Positions 1-6,221 of a DNA stretch of 26,874 nt are shown here, one piece after another. The notes under the pieces were generated by a model, which was not told where the DNA came from, made no database searches, and saw only the letters and a program-made list of their open reading frames with translations. The stretch spans positions 1-26,874 of the forward strand of contig CAVFSQ010000002.1 of the NCBI GenBank assembly GCA_963625145.1. Direction: 5' to 3'. The stretch comes from Bacteroidaceae bacterium. GTDB lineage: Bacteria > Bacteroidota > Bacteroidia > Bacteroidales > Bacteroidaceae. Positions within the stretch are counted from its first letter, which is position 1. Each line of letters starts with the position of its first letter. The position numbers and the translations under genes are program-made.

Positions 1-683
1 CCTTTAAGGTGCACGTGCCAGTCAATGACGGGAAAATCCTTTTGCTGAAGCCTTATTGCTCCGTCGTTTGGCTCATAGATTGGTTTTACGGTGTCGTTGG
101 GATTTTTTGCATCGGCACTCAGCTGCGTCAGTTTCATGTTGCGGAATGTCACTTTGCCTTTGCGCCCTTTAACGGCTATCTTGCCGTGGCCCAGCCTGCG
201 GTTTTTGTATTGCGGCAAACGGAACACTACACTGGGTTCAGTATAGCATACCACTTCGGTAGAATCGATTGTGATTGATATGTTGTTGCCGCGCACCGAT
301 ATGGTGAAGTCAAACCATTGTCCGTCTTTGGTGGTAGTGTAGTATAGGTTTCTGATGGTTGAGAGACTACCCGTTTTGCGTGTGCCGTCGATGCCGCCGT
401 TGTGTATCAGCATTTCGTAGCCTCTGGTGTCGCAGTGGAACAGCACTGCAGCTTCCGCCGAGTCTTCGGCGCAAGCCTGCCCTTGCAGCGTGAAATTCGT
501 GCAGTCGTCTATGCCTGTGAATCTTGTCCCTTCTTCAACGGTTATCTCCGGCGCATTGACAATGCTGTCGTTCAATGTCCATTGGTCAAGGTTTTTGGTG
601 GCGTTGCCGTTTCCCCGTGTACAGGATACTATCGCAAGCGTGGCGAATGCGAGTGCCGATATCGTGATTATTTGTTTTAGCAT
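1..683 (-). CDS. Lipoprotein with DUF1080 (3-keto-disaccharide hydrolase-like) domain followed by the start of an HxH metal-binding (PHP/amidohydrolase-like) domain; partial, runs off the left edge
   Basis: Not in the ORF track. Manually translated from ATG at 683: MLKQIITISALAFATLAIVSC (lipobox Cys)...GYEMLIHNGGIDGTRKTGSLSTIRN...GQWFDFTISVRGNNISITID...GHGKIAVKGRKGKVTFRNMKL (DUF1080-like) ...FPVIDWHVHLK. Open to position 1. Confidence 0.8.
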   Translation of the reverse strand, partial: MLKQIITISALAFATLAIVSCTRGNGNATKNLDQWTLNDSIVNAPEITVEEGTRFTGIDDCTNFTLQGQACAEDSAEAAVLFHCDTRGYEMLIHNGGIDGTRKTGSLSTIRNLYYTTTKDGQWFDFTISVRGNNISITIDSTEVVCYTEPSVVFRLPQYKNRRLGHGKIAVKGRKGKVTFRNMKLTQLSADAKNPNDTVKPIYEPNDGAIRLQQKDFPVIDWHVHLK

Positions 684-746
684 AATGTTTCCGTCTTTTA
701 TATACAAAAGTATTTCTTTTTGAGTTATTGCGCGTGGTGGGTACCC

Positions 747-1925
747 TTAAAATTTCGCGCTGGCATAGGCTTCGGCAAGTTGCTTCATGGCTTTCTGCAG
801 AATGCAGCGTGGTTGCCCCACATTAAGACGCATGAATCCTTGGCCCGGTTGCCCGAAAATTTCTCCGTTGTTGAGGAACAGGCGGGCTTTGCCGATGTAG
901 AACTTGTCTAGTTCTTCAGACGAAAGGCCGAGGTCGCGGTTGTCGAGGAACACGAGGAACGATGCTTCGGGTATGATGGCTTTTATGCGCGGGCAGTTGG
1001 CTTTCAGAAATTCGTCAACGTAGCGTATGTTGCCTTTGACGTAATCGAGCATCTGTCCCAACCATTCTTCGCCTTCGGCATTGTAGCAGGCTTCTACGCA
1101 GTCGTAGGCAAAAATATTGCCGAGGCCTATGTCGTTGTTGTCGAGATAGGCGAAGAATTTGCGTCGCAGCGAATCGTTTGTAACTATTGTGTGAGACGCC
1201 ACGATGCCCGGCAGATTGAAGGTTTTTGTTGGGGCCATGAATGTAACCGTTATGTCGGCGGCTTCGGGGCACGAAATCGCGGTGGGAACGTGCGCTCCGG
1301 TTTTGAAAGTCATGTCGGCGTGTATTTCGTCGCTTATAATGGTTACGCCGTATCTTTTGCAAAGTTTCACGAGGCGCGCGATTTCGTCTTTGCTCCATGA
1401 TGTGCCGCCGGGATTGTGGGGGTTGCAGAAAATCATAAGTCTGCATCCCGGCAAGTTGCGCTCTATCGCTTCGTAATCCATTTGGTAGCGGCCGCCTTCG
1501 AGCTTTAGAGGTACTTCAATAAGTTTGCGCCCGCTCGCGCGGGTAACGCTGGCGAACGGATGGTACACGGGAGTTTCGATCATTATGTTGTCGCCCTTTT
1601 CGCTCAGAAAGTTTACCGCAAAATAAATGCCCGGTACGATTCCAGGTATGTAGTGTATGTGTTCGGGGGGAAAGTTGAATGCGTAGTGCTTACGGTTCCA
1701 TGCGGCAATGCTTTCATAATATGAGTCAGGCGCGCAGGTGTAGCCTAGAATGCGTTGCTGCAGGCGTTGCTCTATGGCGCGGGTAACGAAAGGTGGAGTG
1801 GCGAAGGCCATGTCGGCCACCCAAAGTGGTATAAGGTCGTCGCGCCCGGTTTGTTTTGCCATTTGTTCTACGCTGACGCAGTCGGTGCTGCGGCGCTCTA
1901 TCGGAGTATCGAAATCGTATGTCAT
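747..1925 (-). CDS. patB: PLP-dependent MalY/PatB family C-S lyase (cystathionine beta-lyase-like)
   Basis: 392 aa with IPLWVADMAF, FCNPHNPGG, ISDEIHAD, APTKTFN (PLP lysine) and GFMRLN motifs typical of MalY/PatB. Confidence 0.9.
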   Translation of the reverse strand: MTYDFDTPIERRSTDCVSVEQMAKQTGRDDLIPLWVADMAFATPPFVTRAIEQRLQQRILGYTCAPDSYYESIAAWNRKHYAFNFPPEHIHYIPGIVPGIYFAVNFLSEKGDNIMIETPVYHPFASVTRASGRKLIEVPLKLEGGRYQMDYEAIERNLPGCRLMIFCNPHNPGGTSWSKDEIARLVKLCKRYGVTIISDEIHADMTFKTGAHVPTAISCPEAADITVTFMAPTKTFNLPGIVASHTIVTNDSLRRKFFAYLDNNDIGLGNIFAYDCVEACYNAEGEEWLGQMLDYVKGNIRYVDEFLKANCPRIKAIIPEASFLVFLDNRDLGLSSEELDKFYIGKARLFLNNGEIFGQPGQGFMRLNVGQPRCILQKAMKQLAEAYASAKF

Positions 1926-1952
1926 GCTGATGCTTTATTGCTTTGTTGCTTG

Positions 1953-1960
1953 CAAAGTTA
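1953..1960 (-). promoter_or_regulatory. Bacteroidetes sigma-A -7 box (TAACTTTG) for the patB/malY gene
   Basis: Minus strand TAACTTTGCA matches TAnnTTTG, about 30 nt upstream of the ATG at 1925 and just downstream of the thrC terminator. Confidence 0.7.
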
Positions 1961-1983
1961 GCAAAATCCGTGTAGCCGCCCAT

Positions 1984-2028
1984 AAAAAATGAGAGAGGTG
2001 CATGTACACGCCTGTACCGCCCTCTCTC
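1984..2028 (-). terminator. Intrinsic terminator after thrC
   Basis: Minus strand GAGAGAGG-GCG-GTACA-GGCG-TGTAC-ATGCA-CCTCTCTC followed by ATTTTTT. Confidence 0.75.
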
Positions 2029-2062
2029 GCAATAATTAAGTATGAAGAGTGTCTTTTTTCTG

Positions 2063-3367
2063 TCAGATGTCTTTGCGCTGCATCAGGAATGCCTTGAATT
2101 CTTCGAATCCGTTGCCGAGAGGTGCGCTTTGTTTGCGCCCTTTCAGAAAATTGCTCAGTCTTTCGGGCATTTCGGCTTCGCGTCCGATGGCTTTTTGTAT
2201 CACTTCGCCGAATTTTGCAGGATGGGCTGTCTCGAGGAATATTCCCGTTTCGCCTTCGTACATCAGTGCCTTAAGTGCGCGGTATGCGCAGGCTCCGTGC
2301 GGGTCGACAATGTATCCGGTGTTCGAATATACGCTGTCAATTGTTTCGAGTATTTCATTGTCATCGACTCTGAATCCGGATATTTCGGCAGCAATTTGGT
2401 CGTGTGAGTTGTTGTAGAGTTCGAGAATGCGGGCGAAGTTGCTCGGCGCTCCCACGTCCATCGCGTTGGCATAAGTCTGTACCGATGGGCGAGGTGTGTA
2501 TTTGCCTGTATTGAGGTATTCGAGGAAGACGTCGTTGGCGTTGTTGGCTGCAATGAAACGGCTAATGCCGAGCCCCATGCGTTTTGCCACCAGTCCGGCA
2601 GTGATGTTGCCGAAATTGCCGCTCGGTACGCACACCACTATGTTGTCTTCTATGCCTTTGCGGCGCAGTTGGGCCACGGCGTTGAAGTAGTAGAACGACT
2701 GCGGCATGAAGCGTGCGATGTTTATGGAATTTGCTGATGTGAGTCGCATGGCCGATGTGAGTTCTGCATCGGTAAACGCTTGCTTCACCAGGCGTTGGCA
2801 ATCATCGAAGGTGCCGTCGATTTCTATTGCAGTGATGTTTTGGCCGAGGGTTGCGAATTGGCTTTCCTGCACTCGGCTCACTTTCCCTTTCGGATATAGT
2901 ACATATACATTTATGCCTTCTACGCTGAGAAATCCGTTGGCTACTGCCGAGCCTGTGTCGCCCGACGTGGCTACGAGCACATTTAGCTTGCGGCCGTCGC
3001 TTTTTGCAAAATGTGCAAGCAGTCTGGCCATAAAGCGCGCGCCGACATCTTTGAAGGCCAGCGTGGGTCCGTGGAAAAGTTCCAGGGCATACGTGTTATC
3101 GTCTATCTGGCTGAGTGGAGTGTCGAACGAAAGCGTTTCGGCTGTTATGCGGTTCATCACTTCTGCGTTCACGTCGGGGAACAGTGCCCGCGCTACGCGT
3201 TGCGACATTTCGATGAAACTCATGTCGGCGAAGTTGTTGAAGAAAACTTCGGGAAGCGCTGCGATGCGCTCGGGCATATATAGTCCGCCGTCGGGCGCGA
3301 GTCCGCGCGTTACGACTTCGGAAAGTTCTGCCAATGGGGCTTTATGGTTGGTGCTGTAATATTTCAT
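2063..3367 (-). CDS. thrC: Threonine synthase
   Basis: GLAPDGGLY, LELFHGPTLAFKD (PLP Lys), ATSGDTGSA, SANSINIARF, VPSGNFGN, FLETAHPAKF. Confidence 0.97.
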   Translation of the reverse strand: MKYYSTNHKAPLAELSEVVTRGLAPDGGLYMPERIAALPEVFFNNFADMSFIEMSQRVARALFPDVNAEVMNRITAETLSFDTPLSQIDDNTYALELFHGPTLAFKDVGARFMARLLAHFAKSDGRKLNVLVATSGDTGSAVANGFLSVEGINVYVLYPKGKVSRVQESQFATLGQNITAIEIDGTFDDCQRLVKQAFTDAELTSAMRLTSANSINIARFMPQSFYYFNAVAQLRRKGIEDNIVVCVPSGNFGNITAGLVAKRMGLGISRFIAANNANDVFLEYLNTGKYTPRPSVQTYANAMDVGAPSNFARILELYNNSHDQIAAEISGFRVDDNEILETIDSVYSNTGYIVDPHGACAYRALKALMYEGETGIFLETAHPAKFGEVIQKAIGREAEMPERLSNFLKGRKQSAPLGNGFEEFKAFLMQRKDI

Positions 3368-3380
3368 TTTCGGTTGCGGA

Positions 3381-4595
3381 TTAGTGTTTCATGAATTCGT
3401 TTATAAACTGGGCACCTACGAGGTTGCCGTAGCTTCCTTTTTCGCACGAATATTCGTCGAATTTATTGACGCTGTCGGCCTGTATGCCCGGATAGTAGAT
3501 GAGGAAAGGCACTGGGTCGTTGGTATGCGTGCGCAGGCGACAGGGAGTGGGATGGTCGGGGAGCACGGCAATGCTTACGGGTTCGTCGAAGTTTTTTGCC
3601 GCTTCGGCCACCGGGCCTACGATTCTGTGGTCAAGGTTCTCGATGGTTTTTATCTTGAGTGCCACGTTGCCGTCATGGCCGGCTTCGTCGCTTGCCTCTA
3701 CGTGTACGAAAACAAAGTCGGAGTGCTTGAGCGCTTCGATGGCGGCTTCGGCCTTGCCTTCATAGTTGGTGTCGGCTAGACCTGTTGCGCCCGGAACTTC
3801 AATTCTGTCGAGCCCGGCGTAGCACCCGATGCCTTTGATGAGGTCAACGGCAGTGATTACCGCGCCGCTGTGTATCTTGTCGGGGAAAATCTGTTCAAGG
3901 GTTTTCATTTTGGGACGGTTTCCGCCGCTCCATGGCCAGATGCTGTTGGCAGCATCGCGGCCTTCGCTTACGCGCTGCAGGTTGAGCGGGTGGCTGCTTA
4001 AAAGTTTCTGCGATTCGAGAATCAGACGGTTGATAAGCTGCGCCGTCTCTTCGGCTTCGGGCACTTCTGCTTTTACGAGCAGCGGTTCCCAGGGTTTCCC
4101 CGGCACGTCGTGGGGAGGAGTTGTTGCCAAATGCTTGTTTCCGCCTTTTATTACCAGCAGGTGGCGGTACTGTATGCCGGTGTAGAAATGCACTCTCTCG
4201 TTGCCGAGTTTTTCCTGAAGAAATTTTATGAGGATATCGGCTTCTTCGGTCTCAAGGCGTCCTGCCGAATGGTTTTTTAGCAGCGGTCCGTCAAGGCATA
4301 CCAGATTGCATCGCAGAGCCAGGTCATCGTCGTCGAGGTCTACGCCTATGCTTGCAGCCTCGAGAGGGCCGCGTCCTTCGTAGACGAGGTGCTGGTCGTA
4401 GCCTAGAATTACCGAATTTGCCACTTCGCTTCCGGGGTGAAAGCCGTCAGGCACTGTTTTCAGCATTCCGCTACGTCCCATGCTGGCTAGCCGGTCCATG
4501 TTTGGGGTGTCGGCATATTGTAGAAGTGTCTTGTTTCCTAGCTCAGGCTCTTTCCAGTCGGCCATCCCGTCGCCGAGAATTATGATGTGTTTCAT
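3381..4595 (-). CDS. apgM: Cofactor-independent phosphoglycerate mutase-like protein (ApgM / alkaline phosphatase superfamily; 'proposed homoserine kinase' type)
   Basis: IILGDGMAD, PGSEVAN (catalytic Ser), GRGPLEAAS, HVEASDEAGH, LPDHPTP and THT..PVPF motifs; 13 bp upstream of thrC. Confidence 0.88.
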   Translation of the reverse strand: MKHIIILGDGMADWKEPELGNKTLLQYADTPNMDRLASMGRSGMLKTVPDGFHPGSEVANSVILGYDQHLVYEGRGPLEAASIGVDLDDDDLALRCNLVCLDGPLLKNHSAGRLETEEADILIKFLQEKLGNERVHFYTGIQYRHLLVIKGGNKHLATTPPHDVPGKPWEPLLVKAEVPEAEETAQLINRLILESQKLLSSHPLNLQRVSEGRDAANSIWPWSGGNRPKMKTLEQIFPDKIHSGAVITAVDLIKGIGCYAGLDRIEVPGATGLADTNYEGKAEAAIEALKHSDFVFVHVEASDEAGHDGNVALKIKTIENLDHRIVGPVAEAAKNFDEPVSIAVLPDHPTPCRLRTHTNDPVPFLIYYPGIQADSVNKFDEYSCEKGSYGNLVGAQFINEFMKH

Positions 4596-4773
4596 CTTCC
4601 TTTTATTTCAGTCCGGTTGCAGAGGTATCTGCCGCATGTGCAAATGCCAGATCCGGTTCGAGCCTAAATGGACATAGTCCGAAAGTGCGGCTCAGTTGTT
4701 GTTTTGTAAGTTTGTTTTGAAATGTTTGCTTGCTCTTGCAAGCGCGTTCCGCGTAGGAGCGTAAAAATTTGCC

Positions 4774-4863
4774 TCAACCCCTAAGGGTCGTGGTAGTGAC
4801 GGTAGTGGTGGTGGTTGTAGTGAGCAACCGCCTTGTTATATCATATGTGAATCTTTCGTACAT
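4774..4863 (-). CDS. Threonine-rich leader peptide (uORF) MYERFTYDITRRLLTTTTTTTVTTTTLRG*
   Basis: ATG at 4863, TGA at 4776-4774; 29 codons, 13 of them Thr, 11 within a 12-codon run using mixed ACT/ACA/ACC/ACG codons. It lies between a -7 promoter box and the apgM-thrC unit. Confidence 0.9.
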   Translation of the reverse strand: MYERFTYDITRRLLTTTTTTTVTTTTLRG

Positions 4864-4882
4864 TACCTTTGTTTGTCTGCTG

Positions 4883-4890
4883 CAAAAGTA
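4883..4890 (-). promoter_or_regulatory. Bacteroidetes -7 box (TACTTTTG) of the thr leader/operon
   Basis: Minus strand TACTTTTGCA, about 20 nt upstream of the leader ATG. Confidence 0.75.
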
Positions 4891-5148
4891 CGAAAAAGTT
4901 TATGAAAGACCTGCTTTACGAGAAAAAAATCGCAAAAATGCTGTGAAAACTGCAGTTTTTTCAGAATTGGGGCAGAAGACGAAATAATGCTGCCGAATTT
5001 TGCAATATGTGTGTTATAAAACAGCATTCGAAGGTTTCGCGCTTGCCTCTGTAGCTTTTCCCGCAGCGTCATGATGGAAATATTGTCTTGGAAACGGTGA
5101 AAAAAGCGCCCGCATGACCTGCTTGTTTCCTGCCGTGCGGAAACTGGC

Positions 5149-5211
5149 AAAAAAAGGTCTACTGTAATTTAAGAGTCAAAGCCCCTTTTTCAAATTACAA
5201 TAGATCTTTTT
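5149..5211. terminator. Long imperfect inverted repeat flanked by A/T runs; probable terminator downstream of trxA
   Basis: AAAAAGGTCTACTGTAATTT (5151-5170) versus AAATTACAATAGATCTTTTT (5192-5211), 18/20 complementary, with T-runs on both strands. Confidence 0.6.
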
Positions 5212-5220
5212 CCGATGACA

Positions 5221-5330
5221 TGCGTATGCCGTTTTTGCGCTGTACGCAGAGAATTTTTCTTCTGTGCGCAAAGAATTTTCGCGCTATGCGCATACAATTT
5301 TTCTGCAATGCGCAACCAAATATTCCGCTG
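5221..5330. repeat. Five tandem degenerate 22-bp repeats (consensus approximately TGCGCAwAsAATTTTTCyGCTr)
   Basis: tgcgtatgccgtttttgcgctg | tacgcagagaatttttcttctg | tgcgcaaagaattttcgcgcta | tgcgcatacaatttttctgcaa | tgcgcaaccaaatattccgctg; exact 22-nt period. Confidence 0.85.
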
Positions 5331-5368
5331 ACGGTTTGGGGGATGGTTGCGTTAGACGTAAAGCCTGC

Positions 5369-5683
5369 TTAAAGTATGGCTTTCAGCGCGTCTTTGAGTT
5401 GCGCCTTGGGCACGCCGCCTACAATTGTGTTGGCCAGTTCGCCGTTTTTGAAATACAGCACTGCGGGTATTGACATGATTCCGTAGCGTTCGGCGATTTC
5501 GCCGCAGTCGTCCACATTGCAGCGGCCCACAACGGCGCGGCCGGCATATTCTTCGGCTATTTGCTCTACGAAAGGCATTATGTGGCGGCAGGGGCCGCAC
5601 CAGTCGGCGTAGAAATCCACCATCAGCGGCTTGTCGCCGCCCAGAAGACTGTCGAAGTTTTCGTTAGTTATTTCTAGTTCCAT
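5369..5683 (-). CDS. trxA: Thioredoxin
   Basis: VDFYADWCGPC active site and YGIMSIP cis-Pro motif. Start moved to MELEITNENF (ATG 5683), giving a typical 104 aa. Confidence 0.93.
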   Translation of the reverse strand: MELEITNENFDSLLGGDKPLMVDFYADWCGPCRHIMPFVEQIAEEYAGRAVVGRCNVDDCGEIAERYGIMSIPAVLYFKNGELANTIVGGVPKAQLKDALKAIL

Positions 5684-5721
5684 TCCTATTTTGATTTTTA
5701 TAGTATATATAATGTATGTTG

Positions 5722-6099
5722 TCAATAGTCGCGTGTGAAATAAATATAGTCGCCATCGTCGAAATAAAGCCTGAAAGCGTTTCGGCCCTCAAATTCTATT
5801 TCCCAATGTTCCGAGGCACGGTCGTAATAGTAGAATTCAATGCCGTAGCGCGTGGCGTTCCAGTCGAAATCTGCGCGGTCGGTCATCTTGCCGTAATCGT
5901 ATTGGGTGATTTCGCCTTCGTGATTGTCGTAGAATTGCACGAGGGTGTACGAATCGGTGTAGCCGCCACTTGTGTGCCACACACCTACCAGCCTTTCGTC
6001 GCGCCACCATATGTCGGTGTCGCACGATGTCAGAAAAAGCGTCAGTGCCGCAACAGCCAGCACTGCAAACCTTGGGAAAAATGCTTTTGCGATTTTCAT
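5722..6099 (-). CDS. Small hypothetical lipoprotein, probably beta-rich
   Basis: Start at MKIAKAFF (ATG 6099), downstream of the -7 box; lipobox LTSC, then LVGVW and alternating aromatic beta-strand patterns; 125 aa. Confidence 0.72.
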   Translation of the reverse strand: MKIAKAFFPRFAVLAVAALTLFLTSCDTDIWWRDERLVGVWHTSGGYTDSYTLVQFYDNHEGEITQYDYGKMTDRADFDWNATRYGIEFYYYDRASEHWEIEFEGRNAFRLYFDDGDYIYFTRDY

Positions 6100-6122
6100 T
6101 ATTTGAAAATTTGTAGCTACTG

Positions 6123-6151
6123 CAAATGTAAGCAATTTTTTCATAACTTTG
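6123..6151. promoter_or_regulatory. Back-to-back divergent Bacteroidetes promoters
   Basis: Minus TACATTTG (6130-6123) points to the lipoprotein-trxA unit; plus TAACTTTG (6144-6151) points to the 6222 gene; 13 bp apart. Confidence 0.72.
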
Positions 6152-6221
6152 CAAGACGTCCCGGCGTGTATCAGCGCATGGTCGGGGCGTCGTTAGAAGC
6201 AAACAAATAAAAAACTACAAT

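Noticed and set aside
4946..4959. Perfect palindrome AAAACTGCAGTTTT upstream of the thr promoter
   Set aside because: Single low-complexity occurrence; no second copy or candidate regulator to support an operator call.
4769..4987. Plus-strand 72-aa ORF with poly-Val run
   Set aside because: It is the antisense shadow of the Thr-codon run; the promoter box and context support the minus-strand leader.
4863..5150. Minus-strand 95-aa ORF upstream of the leader
   Set aside because: Non-ATG start, no recognisable motif, and it spans the promoter box; likely spurious.
5221..5330. Possible CRISPR array
   Set aside because: 22-nt period with no unique spacers, degenerate units, and no cas genes.
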